Below, one piece after another: positions 9,068-18,462 of a stretch of DNA of 43,534 nt. The translations under genes and the position numbers were made by a program. The notes under the pieces were generated by a model. That model made no database searches and was not told where the DNA came from. It saw only the letters and a program-made list of their open reading frames with translations. Every line of letters begins with the position of its first letter. The first letter of the stretch is position 1. Location: the sequence record DRR723986_4203; one strand, given 5' to 3'.

Positions 9068-9760
9068 TCAGCCGCTCTGCTGGTTTCGGTTCGAGCCCTG
9101 CAGAATAGCTCCGATAAAGGCGGCCGTCTCCTGCCAATCGCTGCTCAACAGATCGATGTAACCTGCCTTTTCAGTGGTCTGCAGAAATCTGGCGTCTGCG
9201 ATGAACTGTATCTGGACAGCAGACGGCAGGGTCGCGTTTACGGAGGTGTGGTTGGTCGGACTGTCGTCAATGAAGACAACCGGCTCCGGACGTCCACGAG
9301 ACAGAGCTGCAACCGCACCACCTTTGGGACCGGAATTCGTCAGCAACGGAAAGGTGATACCGAGCCCGGTGAGCAGCTTTTCCCGCACCGGCTTGTTGTG
9401 ACCTCCGGGCAGATTGGTCAGCAGGATAACGTCCCATTGCTGTGCAAGTGCATTGAGCGCATCGCCTGCACCGGGGACCATGTCCTGACGATGGCTGACC
9501 TCGTCGAAGAACTCCAGAAGCAGTCTGCGAACGTCGTCGGACGACAGGGGCTCACCGTTGTCCCGCCGGCCAATATTGCCGGTCAGCCTGTACTCGTACT
9601 TCAGGAAAGCCAGGTCACGAGCGTGTAGATAGTCTTCCAGATGAGCGATCAGATGCAAAATCACTTCATCCACATCGCAGATGATCAAAGGGCGGTTCGA
9701 AAAAGGCAGTGCCTGGATCTGCGCAAGAACTTCGGGCAGCACTTGCGTCGGTTCAGGCAT
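9068..9760 (-). CDS. HAD-superfamily hypothetical protein
   Basis: Motif I CDVDEV and motif IV FIDD. Start set at ATG 9760 after GGAG, overlapping the DUF3572 stop. Confidence 0.75.
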   Translation of the reverse strand: MPEPTQVLPEVLAQIQALPFSNRPLIICDVDEVILHLIAHLEDYLHARDLAFLKYEYRLTGNIGRRDNGEPLSSDDVRRLLLEFFDEVSHRQDMVPGAGDALNALAQQWDVILLTNLPGGHNKPVREKLLTGLGITFPLLTNSGPKGGAVAALSRGRPEPVVFIDDSPTNHTSVNATLPSAVQIQFIADARFLQTTEKAGYIDLLSSDWQETAAFIGAILQGSNRNQQSG

Positions 9761-10052
9761 GGTCTTCGTCTCCGCCGGCAATTGCGTAGCGTGCAGCGGC
9801 CATCATCGTTGGCCGTATCCCGGCATTTTCACAAAAGGCAAGCAGCAGCGCTTCATCCATCATGTAGAACTCGAGCACACCGGCAAGAAACCCCGGTTCT
9901 CCCGCTGCTTCTCGAATCATTTCCGGTCCAATTCCAGAAAAAGCAAGAAACCTGCCGATCTGTTCAGGGTCTCGACTGAGCTGGAGAAGGGCTTCAGTAG
10001 CAATTCCTTGTGCTTCTTCAACGGACAATGACTTGCTCTGTATATTTTTCAT
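9753..10052 (-). CDS. DUF3572 family protein
   Basis: RFLAFSG..P..IR.AA.EPGFLAGVL; divergent from divK, a conserved arrangement. Confidence 0.85.
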   Translation of the reverse strand: MKNIQSKSLSVEEAQGIATEALLQLSRDPEQIGRFLAFSGIGPEMIREAAGEPGFLAGVLEFYMMDEALLLAFCENAGIRPTMMAAARYAIAGGDEDHA

Positions 10053-10085
10053 TGTGTTTTTTTGCCTTTCTGAAACGATTCCGGG

Positions 10086-10100
10086 TTAGAAGAAATTTAA
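10086..10100. promoter_or_regulatory. CtrA-box-like site upstream of divK
   Basis: TTAG-N7-TTAA, one mismatch to TTAA-N7-TTAA, about 90 bp upstream of divK. divK is an established CtrA target. Confidence 0.6.
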
Positions 10101-10189
10101 TGCGGACCGGGGAAGGGTTCTACCGCGGACTAAAAAGTGCTGCGAAGATAAAATGGGACCGGCAAGAGGCCGGGTAAAGGGCCGGACAT

Positions 10190-10561
10190 ATGGCAAAATC
10201 CGTGTTGATCGTCGAAGACAACGAGCTGAACATGAAGCTGTTTCATGATCTGCTCGAAGCGCACGGCTATAATACATTGCAGACCCGGACCGGCATCGAA
10301 GCCTTGCAGTTGGCCCGTGAGCATCATCCCGATCTGATCCTGATGGATATTCAGCTGCCGGAAGTGTCGGGGCTGGAAGTCACGAAATGGATCAAGGAAG
10401 ACGAGGATATCGCTTCCATCCCGGTTATCGCCGTGACGGCTTTCGCCATGAAGGGCGATGAGGAGCGTATCCGGCAGGGCGGGTGCGAAGCTTACATATC
10501 CAAGCCGATCTCCGTAGCGAAATTCCTGGAAACAGTTCGGGCATATCTCGGCGAAGCGTAA
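10190..10561 (+). CDS. divK: Polar differentiation single-domain response regulator DivK
   Basis: [35 protein letters not shown] and [25 protein letters not shown] are canonical DivK sequence. Confidence 0.97.
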   Translation: MAKSVLIVEDNELNMKLFHDLLEAHGYNTLQTRTGIEALQLAREHHPDLILMDIQLPEVSGLEVTKWIKEDEDIASIPVIAVTAFAMKGDEERIRQGGCEAYISKPISVAKFLETVRAYLGEA

Positions 10562-10848
10562 CGGGCCACCGCCGGCGGTAGAACTGCGGCGGGTAAAGAT
10601 TTCTGCAAGGTTTCACGGTTGTTTGGCATGGCTGCGTGCAACCAATTCCTGCGAATCGCAAAACCTCGCGTTCACGCGCTCTTCATATTAAGGTTACGGA
10701 TTTACTAAAACGGCATTGTTTCTGTGCATATTTTGCGGAAAATATTGCAATCAGGCAACATTCAGGTAGTGTGACCGCAGATTAGTGTTTTTCCTGATCG
10801 CCTCAATGACGTGGTAAAGAATGCCGTAGCGTCAAAACGGGCAATACA

Positions 10849-10966
10849 GTTTCCCCTCGGAGTGCTCAGGTCCGCCGCATCTCCTGGGTCCGTGGGGCAG
10901 GTCGGCAGGGAACCGGCCGATGAGTGGCCTCCTCGAATGCCGTGTTCCCGCCGACCACTAATCTTT
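10849..10966 (+). ncRNA. ecpR1: EcpR1-like (SmelC291) cell-cycle sRNA; ends approximate
   Basis: Stem-loop 10853-10897 presents the loop TCCGCCGCATCT (10871-10882), the conserved EcpR1 seed. A second long hairpin spans 10900-10956. The position between divK and rpmG matches the S. meliloti ecpR1 locus. Confidence 0.8.
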
Positions 10967-11113
10967 CAACCGAAAATCAAGAAGCAGCACCAGCAGCAAT
11001 GCTGAAGCTGCGTCGTCGTGCCTCTGCGTCCGCACAGTAATCATTTGTGGAAACAGGTTTCACGACGCTGACCTGCGCCGACAAAATTTCAAAATCACAT
11101 TCGGCCACGCATG

Positions 11114-11143
11114 AAAAAACCCGCCGTTTCCGGCGGGTTCTTT
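11114..11143. terminator. Intrinsic terminator for rpmG, possibly bidirectional
   Basis: AAAAAACCCGCCG-TTTC-CGGCGGGTTCTTT, with a T-run on the minus side and TTCTTT on the plus side. Confidence 0.85.
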
Positions 11144-11165
11144 AAAAATCATCAGGAACCAGATC

Positions 11166-11333
11166 TTACTTGATCTTGGTTTCCTTGAACTCGACGTGCT
11201 TCTTGGCAACCGGGTCGTATTTCTTTTTGACCATCTTCTCGGTCATCGTACGGGAGTTCTTCTTGGTGACATAGAAGAAGCCGGTGTCAGCCGTGGAGAG
11301 GAGCTTGATCTTGATTGTTGTCGCCTTGGCCAT
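11166..11333 (-). CDS. rpmG: 50S ribosomal protein L33
   Basis: Below the ORF track cutoff. Manual translation: [55 protein letters not shown]. Confidence 0.98.
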   Translation of the reverse strand: MAKATTIKIKLLSTADTGFFYVTKKNSRTMTEKMVKKKYDPVAKKHVEFKETKIK

Positions 11334-11489
11334 GGCCTTGGATCCTGTTCTCTGTTGTCGGGCAAAGAGTTCTTGCGGCCAGATGGCTGGCGATGAATCT
11401 GCCCCAATGTCTGAAATCAGCGCGCAAACTACTCATCGCAGCGCGAAAGTCAAGCACTTGCTATGGTTCAGCCGCCTTTTCGAACCATG

Positions 11490-12011
11490 TCAGCCATTCT
11501 GCCGCAGTGCTGTCAAAGCCCTCGTTATCGTATCAACCGATTGGTCCACGCTCAGGCTGGAACTATCCAGCTGGAGACATGGTTCCGTCCACGGTTCGTA
11601 TTCATGACTTCGTACCTCAGGCCACCGGGGCAGGGTCAGTCCGTCAATCTCGGTTTCCCTGCTTTCAACGCGCTTGCGGTGTTCGCGCTCATCCGAGCAG
11701 ACAATCTCGACATTCAGCAGTGTCGCGCCGGTTGATTGAGCGGTTTCCCTCCACAATTGCCTGGATTCGGCAACCGGGTTGACCGTATCGGCAACGACGT
11801 TGTGACCAAGTTCCAGGTTTCCGGCAGCGATAGCAGCAAGGGCGAGGTAACCCGCGTCTTCAGCCGGATGAATGTGCAAGACACTGCGTTTGAGGGCTGC
11901 TTCAACCGCATCCACACGCAAAAGAAATGCGGGCAGCCGCCCGCTCAGATCCTTTGCTATCGTCGACTTGCCGACGCCGGGTAAACCGGAAAGGGCAATC
12001 AGGAAAGGCAT
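11490..12011 (-). CDS. AAA_33-type P-loop small kinase
   Basis: Walker A GLPGVGKST, VVADTVNPV and EHRKRVE. Start set at ATG 12011. Confidence 0.85.
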   Translation of the reverse strand: MPFLIALSGLPGVGKSTIAKDLSGRLPAFLLRVDAVEAALKRSVLHIHPAEDAGYLALAAIAAGNLELGHNVVADTVNPVAESRQLWRETAQSTGATLLNVEIVCSDEREHRKRVESRETEIDGLTLPRWPEVRSHEYEPWTEPCLQLDSSSLSVDQSVDTITRALTALRQNG

Positions 12012-12070
12012 AAGCCTGGACACACCTTTGTGTGTTACAATGGCCGGCAATCCGCCAGTTACAGGTAACT

Positions 12071-12817
12071 TCAGAGCTCCTGCTTCACGAAACCGCCCTT
12101 GCGAAAGAAATAGTAGGGGACAGGCGTCGTCGGTGAAAGCTCAGGGTCTTTCGCCAGCCTGTCTTCCAGGTCGGTCAGGATCTTGTTCGTGATCATCGGC
12201 AGATCCTTCTGCCTCGCCTCTTCGAAAGTCAGCCAGGCACAGTCTTCCAGTTCGCCGGACGGGCCGGTTCCATCGGGCAACCTGTCGGCAATGGCGTCCG
12301 CCCAGACGGCCAGAAAACGGGTGTCGAAGCGTCGCGGGCGTTGCGGTGGGGTGATGGCCCTCGCAATCATCCGAAGGCCGCTCAGGTCGGGCTGTATGCC
12401 GCGCTCGGCAAAGGCCTCGAAGCCGGTACCAAGGTGCAGGTGGTTGTTGTGCGCCAGACGGCCGATAAACAGCCCGGCCTCTTCATAGGTTTCCCGAATG
12501 GCGGCCAGGGCCAGTGCACGAACGCGCGCGGCAGACTTGGCGTTCTTCAGGTCCTGCGTAAGCTTTGCCTCGACGTCCGGATGATAGGGAAGCACGTCGG
12601 TCACACGGGAATCGGAGACATCCACTCGGCCACCAGGGAACACGAATTTTCCCGGCATGAAGGCATGGCGCATGTGACGACGGCCCATCAGCAGCTTCAC
12701 GGAACCCCGATCGTCGCGGTCTAGAATGAGCAGCGTTGCGGCATCCTTGGGACGGATATACGGATAGTTTCCGGCTTTTTCGTCTTTTGCCAGCTGCTTT
12801 TCGAACGAACCGCTCAT
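12071..12817 (-). CDS. NUDIX hydrolase
   Basis: AATL, VFPGG, AAIRETYEEAG and ITPP..PRRFDTRF. Confidence 0.9.
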   Translation of the reverse strand: MSGSFEKQLAKDEKAGNYPYIRPKDAATLLILDRDDRGSVKLLMGRRHMRHAFMPGKFVFPGGRVDVSDSRVTDVLPYHPDVEAKLTQDLKNAKSAARVRALALAAIRETYEEAGLFIGRLAHNNHLHLGTGFEAFAERGIQPDLSGLRMIARAITPPQRPRRFDTRFLAVWADAIADRLPDGTGPSGELEDCAWLTFEEARQKDLPMITNKILTDLEDRLAKDPELSPTTPVPYYFFRKGGFVKQEL

Positions 12818-13284
12818 GTAACCCTTTCGGAAGGCACCGGAATGGGAGGCGTGTCGTCTTCCGCATCCGGGTCAAAACCATGCATGTAGAGCGCCCACTG
12901 CAGACCGATCAGCGCGCCTTTGATCGGTCGCAGAAGCGACAGCGACAGGATCAGCGTCAGCGGCACCCAGAGCGACATATGGATCCACAACGCGGGATGC
13001 CACAACACTTCCACGGCCAGAAGGCCGGGAACGATAATGTGGCCGACAATGGTGATTGTGAAATAGGGCGGGGCGTCGTCCGCGCGATGGTGATGGAACT
13101 CCTCGCCGCAGACAGAGCAGGCATAGTGTGGCTGAAGGAAGCCATCGAACACCTTGCCTTTTCCGCAGTTCATGCACCGGTTGCCAGCACCGCGCAGCAT
13201 GGCCTGAAGAACATTGCGCCGCGGTTTTTCGGATGCTGTTTCCGGCGATTCCAGTTTGTCGTGCAGTTCATACCGGACCGTCAC
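12814..13284 (-). CDS. DUF983 membrane protein
   Basis: CxxCG.G, CxxCG, HHRADDAP.Y, two hydrophobic helices and KGALIGLQW. Confidence 0.9.
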   Translation of the reverse strand: MTVRYELHDKLESPETASEKPRRNVLQAMLRGAGNRCMNCGKGKVFDGFLQPHYACSVCGEEFHHHRADDAPPYFTITIVGHIIVPGLLAVEVLWHPALWIHMSLWVPLTLILSLSLLRPIKGALIGLQWALYMHGFDPDAEDDTPPIPVPSERVT

Positions 13285-15599
13285 GAAGATCTCCTTCGAC
13301 CCTGTTTCTTCGGTGAGGCCTTACTGCGTCCGCCCTTCGGCGGCCCGCGCCGCACCTTTGGCGCGGCTTTCCGGATGCGTTTGCCGGCAATGCTGCCGTG
13401 GCTCAGCAGCTCGAATGTCAGTGCACCGGCAAAGGGGGCTGCTTCCACCAGCCGGACCTCCACTTGATCGCCAAGTTGGTAGGTCTCGCCGGTTTTGTCA
13501 CCTATCAGGGCGTGCGACCCTTCGTCATAGCGATAATAATCGAGGCCGATTGTGGAGGCCGGTACGAAGCCGTCGGCACCTGTATCGGACAGGCGAACAA
13601 ACATGCCGGACTTGACCACCCCAGCAATTCTGCCCTGAAAACTCGCGCCGATCTGGTCGCTCATCCAAAGGGCAATCAGACGGTCGATGGTGTCGCGTTC
13701 GGCAAGCATTGCCCGCCGTTCAGCGGCCGAGATTTCAGCGCCGATGGCCTCCAGTTTCGTCTCGATACCTTCCGGCAAGCCATCCTTGCCAAGCCCGAGC
13801 GCGGATATCAGCCCACGGTGCACGATCAGATCGGCATACCGGCGGATCGGTGACGTGAAATGCGCGTACCGCCGCAGGTTCAAGCCGAAGTGGCCGATGT
13901 TCTGCGGGGCGTATTCTGCCTGGGCCTGGCTGCGCAAGACCACCTCGTTGACGAGATTGGCCTGCGGTGTGTCCTTCACCCTGGCAAGTATGCCGTTGAA
14001 GGCGGAGGGGCGAAGACCACCGGAGGACGGCAGCTTGATGTTGATCGTCGACAGAAAGTCTTTCAGACTTTCCAGCTTTTCCGGGGTCGAGGCATCGTGG
14101 ATCCGGTAGAGCAGGGGCGTTTTCTTCTGCTCCAGCGTTTCGGCGGCTGCCACGTTCGCCTGGATCATGAATTCTTCGATCAGCTTGTGGGCGTCCAGAC
14201 GCTCCGGAACATAGACATGATCGACAGTTCCATCCGGTTTCAGCTTGATCTTGCGTTCCGGCAGATCGAGTTCCAGCGGTTCGCGCGCCTCACGTCCCCT
14301 CTTCAGCACGGCGTAAGCGGCCCATAGCGGCTTCAGGACGCCGTCGAGCAGGGTTTCGGTCTTCTCGTCTGTCGTGCCATCAATCGCCTTCTGGGCCTGC
14401 AGATAGGAGAGTTTTGCCGCCGAACGCATCAGCACCCTGTGAAAGGTGTGGCCGGTCTTGCGTCCGGTCTTGTCGAACACCATCCGCACGCCAAGCGCCG
14501 GCTTGTCTTCCTTTTCCCGGAGCGAGCAGAGCTGGTTGGAAATCCGCTCCGGCAACATCGGGATCACCCGGTCGGGAAAATAGACCGAGTTGCCGCGCAG
14601 GTTCGCTTCCCGGTCCATCGGAGAGCCGGGGGTGACGTAGTATGCGACATCCGCAATCGCCACATAGCAAATATAGCCGCCTTCGTTGGAAGGGTCCTCG
14701 TCCGCTTCGGCGTAGACGGCGTCGTCGTGGTCTTTTGCGTCGGGCGGGTCGATGGTGATCAGCGGCACCTGCCGCCAGTCCTCGCGCTTGCCGAGTTTCT
14801 CCACCGGCTTTGCGCTCTCGGCCTGCGCTTCTACAGCTGCCGGAAAGACATGCGGAATGCCATGCGATTGCAGGGCGATCTCCGAAACCGCCTTTTCCGA
14901 ATTCATCGAGCCGAAGCGCTCAACCACCGACGCGACGGGATGGCCGTAGCGGCCGGAGCGCGTCACCTGAACGCTGACAAGATCTCCGTCCTCTGAGTCC
15001 TTGAGTTCACGCGGATCAATGTCGAGTTCCCGCTGCTTGCGGTCAATCGGTTCGAGATAGGGCGGGCGGGTGCCGTCACGCTTCCGCAGAATTCCGAGGA
15101 TTGCACCCTGGCGCTTTTCCAAAACGCGGATGACGCGGGCAACATGTTCTGTTTCGGGGCCGCTCTCAGCTTCGGTCAGGCGCACGAGTGCGCGGTCACC
15201 CAGGCCAGGTTGCGTCGCCTTGGTCTTGCCGGTCAGCACCAGAATTTTCGGCGGAGTGCCAGCCTCGTCGTCCCAGTCGACAGGGGTCGCGATCAGCTCA
15301 CCGTCCCGGTCGCGTGCAATGAGATTGGCCACGAAAACCGGCGGCAGATCGCCAAGACGGATCATGCGCTTGTTGCGCTTTTCCATCAGGCCGTCGTCCG
15401 TCAGGTCCTTCAACATCTTTTTCAGATGGATGCGGGCCCCGCCGATAATACCGAAATGACGGGCAATCTCGCGCTTGCCCGCACGCCCCGGGTTATCTGC
15501 AACAAACGCGAGAATATCCTCGCGGGATGGCATTTCACCCGGAACCTTGGCGTGTTTTCGATTGGTGTGCTTGCGCGTGTTAATCCGTTTTGCGCTCAA
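13281..15599 (-). CDS. rnr: Ribonuclease R
   Basis: TIDPPDAKDHDDA, AIADV, HFGL...YAHFTSPIRRYADL.VHR and a C-terminal S1 domain. Confidence 0.95.
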   Translation of the reverse strand: MSAKRINTRKHTNRKHAKVPGEMPSREDILAFVADNPGRAGKREIARHFGIIGGARIHLKKMLKDLTDDGLMEKRNKRMIRLGDLPPVFVANLIARDRDGELIATPVDWDDEAGTPPKILVLTGKTKATQPGLGDRALVRLTEAESGPETEHVARVIRVLEKRQGAILGILRKRDGTRPPYLEPIDRKQRELDIDPRELKDSEDGDLVSVQVTRSGRYGHPVASVVERFGSMNSEKAVSEIALQSHGIPHVFPAAVEAQAESAKPVEKLGKREDWRQVPLITIDPPDAKDHDDAVYAEADEDPSNEGGYICYVAIADVAYYVTPGSPMDREANLRGNSVYFPDRVIPMLPERISNQLCSLREKEDKPALGVRMVFDKTGRKTGHTFHRVLMRSAAKLSYLQAQKAIDGTTDEKTETLLDGVLKPLWAAYAVLKRGREAREPLELDLPERKIKLKPDGTVDHVYVPERLDAHKLIEEFMIQANVAAAETLEQKKTPLLYRIHDASTPEKLESLKDFLSTINIKLPSSGGLRPSAFNGILARVKDTPQANLVNEVVLRSQAQAEYAPQNIGHFGLNLRRYAHFTSPIRRYADLIVHRGLISALGLGKDGLPEGIETKLEAIGAEISAAERRAMLAERDTIDRLIALWMSDQIGASFQGRIAGVVKSGMFVRLSDTGADGFVPASTIGLDYYRYDEGSHALIGDKTGETYQLGDQVEVRLVEAAPFAGALTFELLSHGSIAGKRIRKAAPKVRRGPPKGGRSKASPKKQGRRRSS

Positions 15600-18274
15600 C
15601 TCGCATCATCCCAGGGCACCTCTTCGGACGACGCATCGACCTTTGCCTTTGCGGATGACTTTGCCGTCGTCTTCTTGGTGGTCGTCTTTTTGGTTGCTGT
15701 TTTCTTCGCAGTAGGTTTCTTGGCAGCCGCCTTCTTCTTGGTGCCGCCCTTGGAGGCCTTTGCCGCGATCAGCTCCAGCGCCTGTTCCATCGTCACGGCC
15801 TTGGGGTCGGTGTCCTTCGGTAGCGTGGCGTTGATCTTGCCGTGCTTGACGTAAGGCCCATAGCGCCCGTCATAGACATTGATCGGGCCACCTTCGGACG
15901 GATGCTCACCAAGCTCCTTCAGCGGCGTTGCCGCTGCACCGCCGCGGCCACCACCCTTGGCGCGTTTCTGCGCCAGCGCATCAACAGCACGGTTGATGCC
16001 GACGGAGAACACTTCGTCTGGTGTGGACAGATTGGCATAGGTGCCTTCATGCAGCACGAACGGCCCGTAGCGACCGATACCTGCCGAGATCATCTTGCCG
16101 TCTTCCGGGTGTGGCCCCACCTCGCGTGGCAGCGACAGAAGCTGCAGCGCCTTTTCCAGATCCATATCCGGTGCGGACCAGCCACGGGGCAGGGAGGCAC
16201 GTTTCGGCTTGGCTTCTTCGCCCAGCTGAACATAGGGGCCGAAGCGGCCGTTGCGCAGGGAAACGTCAAGGCCGGTTTCCGGATCGGTGCCGAGAACCTT
16301 CGGGCCGTCGTCACCTTCGCCGTCTTCACCGCTCGGCTTGCCGAGCTGCCGTGTAAAGCCGCACTCGGGATAGTTGGAGCAGCCGATGAAAGCGCCCCAG
16401 CGGCTGACCTTGAGCGATAGCTGACCTGTGTCGCAGGACGGGCACTTGCGCGGATCGGTGCCATCTTCCTTCGGCGGGAAGATATGCGGCCCGAGCAGTT
16501 CGTTCAGCGCGTCGATGACATGGGCAACGCGCAGGTCCTTGATTTCATCGACCGCGCCGGAAAACCCGGTCCAGAAATCACGTAGCACGTCGAGCCAGGA
16601 AAGCTCACCTGCGGAAATCTTGTCGAGCTGTTCTTCCAGGCTCGCTGTGAAGTCGAATTCGACATAGCGCTGGAAGAAGCTTTCCAGGAACGCGGTAACA
16701 ATGCGGCCCTTGTCCATCGGAACAAGCTGCTTCTTGTCGAGTTCGACATAGTCACGGTCGCGCAGGGTCTGAAGCGTCGAGGCATAGGTGGACGGCCGGC
16801 CGATGCCAAGCTCTTCCATCTTCTTGACCAGGCTCGCTTCGGTGTAGCGCGGCGGCGGTGTCGTGAAATGCTGCGAGGCTTCGATGGCTTGTGCGGTCCC
16901 GTCGACAGAGGCAGCCGTCAGCGCGGCACCTTCATCGACCGCCGGCAGGCGCTTGGAGTTCTCGTCTTCTTCGTCGTCCCTGCCTTCCTGGTAAAGCGCA
17001 AGAAATCCGTCGAAGCGGACGACGGAGCCAGTTGCACGCAGATTGGCACGTTTACCGGAACCGTCGGCGAGAATCTCGATGGTGGTCCGTTCCAGAACGG
17101 CCGACTCCATCTGAGAAGCCATGGTCCGTTTCCACACCAGCTCATAAAGCTTGGCCTGGTCCGGGTCCAGGAACCGGGCGACATCCTTCGGGCGACGCGA
17201 AAGGTCCGTTGGCCGGATCGCTTCGTGTGCTTCCTGGGCGTTCTTTGCCTTGGAGGTATAGACGCGCGGGCTTGCCGGAACGTAATTGTCACCGAAATCC
17301 TTGGCGATTACGGAGCGGGCGGCAGCGATCGCTTCGCCGGCAATCTGAACGCCGTCGGTACGCATGTAGGTGATGAGACCGGAAGTCTCGCCACCGATTG
17401 AGATGCCCTCATAAAGCTTCTGCGCCACCTGCATGGTGCGCGATGCGGAAAACCCGAGTTTGCGTGAGGCTTCCTGCTGCAGGGTGGAGGTCGTAAACGG
17501 CGCCGCCGGATTGCGCTTCGCGGGTTTGGAAGCCACGCTGTCGACCTTGAAGCTGGCGCTTTCCAGCATGGTCTTGATCGCGGTGGCTTCCGCTTCGTTG
17601 TTGACGTCGAGACGGCCGATTTTCTTGCCGTCAAAACCGGTCACGCCAGCCTGGAACATGTCCCCGGTCGGTGTCTTCATGTTGGCGAAGATCGACCAGT
17701 ATTCCTGCGGCTTGAAGGTTTCGATTTCCATTTCCCGGTCGCAGATCAGCCGCAATGCGACAGACTGCACGCGCCCGGCGGAACGGGCACCGGGCAGCTT
17801 GCGCCACAGGACCGGAGACAGGGTGAAACCGACTAGGTAATCCAATGCTCGGCGGGCGAGATAGGCATCGACCAGCGGCGTATCCAGCTGGCGCGGATTG
17901 TCCATCGCTTCCAGGATCGCCTTCTTGGTGATCGCGTTGAAAACCACGCGCTCGACCTGCTTGTCCTTCAGCACCTTCTTCTTTTGCAGCACTTCGAGAA
18001 CGTGCCACGAAATTGCTTCCCCTTCGCGGTCGGGGTCAGTCGCGAGAATGAGGCGGTCGGCATCCTTGACCGCATTGGCGATTTCGCTCAGCCGTTTCTG
18101 CGCCTTCGCATCCACTTGCCAGCTCATGGCGAAATTGTCGTCCGGCAGCACCGAGCCGTCCTTGGCCGGCAGATCTCGCACATGGCCGTAGGAAGCCAGC
18201 ACCGTATAGTCGGAACCGAGATATTTGTTGATCGTCTTGGCTTTCGCCGGCGATTCGACAATGACGACGTTCAT
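15596..18274 (-). CDS. topA: DNA topoisomerase I
   Basis: IVESPAKAKTI, ATDPDREGEAI, SAGRVQS, ITYMRTD and GIGRPSTY, plus a zinc ribbon, Toprim_C repeats and a Lys-rich tail. Confidence 0.98.
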   Translation of the reverse strand: MNVVIVESPAKAKTINKYLGSDYTVLASYGHVRDLPAKDGSVLPDDNFAMSWQVDAKAQKRLSEIANAVKDADRLILATDPDREGEAISWHVLEVLQKKKVLKDKQVERVVFNAITKKAILEAMDNPRQLDTPLVDAYLARRALDYLVGFTLSPVLWRKLPGARSAGRVQSVALRLICDREMEIETFKPQEYWSIFANMKTPTGDMFQAGVTGFDGKKIGRLDVNNEAEATAIKTMLESASFKVDSVASKPAKRNPAAPFTTSTLQQEASRKLGFSASRTMQVAQKLYEGISIGGETSGLITYMRTDGVQIAGEAIAAARSVIAKDFGDNYVPASPRVYTSKAKNAQEAHEAIRPTDLSRRPKDVARFLDPDQAKLYELVWKRTMASQMESAVLERTTIEILADGSGKRANLRATGSVVRFDGFLALYQEGRDDEEDENSKRLPAVDEGAALTAASVDGTAQAIEASQHFTTPPPRYTEASLVKKMEELGIGRPSTYASTLQTLRDRDYVELDKKQLVPMDKGRIVTAFLESFFQRYVEFDFTASLEEQLDKISAGELSWLDVLRDFWTGFSGAVDEIKDLRVAHVIDALNELLGPHIFPPKEDGTDPRKCPSCDTGQLSLKVSRWGAFIGCSNYPECGFTRQLGKPSGEDGEGDDGPKVLGTDPETGLDVSLRNGRFGPYVQLGEEAKPKRASLPRGWSAPDMDLEKALQLLSLPREVGPHPEDGKMISAGIGRYGPFVLHEGTYANLSTPDEVFSVGINRAVDALAQKRAKGGGRGGAAATPLKELGEHPSEGGPINVYDGRYGPYVKHGKINATLPKDTDPKAVTMEQALELIAAKASKGGTKKKAAAKKPTAKKTATKKTTTKKTTAKSSAKAKVDASSEEVPWDDAS

Positions 18275-18462
18275 TCTTACCCAAAATATTTTTGCCGGAT
18301 ACGGAGCCCCCGCCCGGTGGAGAAGGTGATCTGAGTGCTAATTCAGTGGCGCAGACGATCAAGGATCAAGCGCCGCCTGTCAAATGGACCTTTGATCCTT
18401 CCGGGTCAAGCGGTTCGGTCCAGATACGGGTTATCCACTGAGATTCAAGGAAAAACGGCCTC

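Noticed and set aside
10811..11005. 64-aa plus-strand ORF between divK and rpmG
   Set aside because: No RBS and no family motif; it overlaps the EcpR1-like structure, which explains the region better.
11166..11333. L33 lacking zinc-binding cysteines, considered as a zinc-starvation paralogue
   Set aside because: The Cys-free form is the normal alphaproteobacterial L33 at this conserved locus.
15620..15760. Lys/Thr/Ala-rich low-complexity repeat
   Set aside because: Ordinary basic C-terminal tail of alphaproteobacterial TopA.
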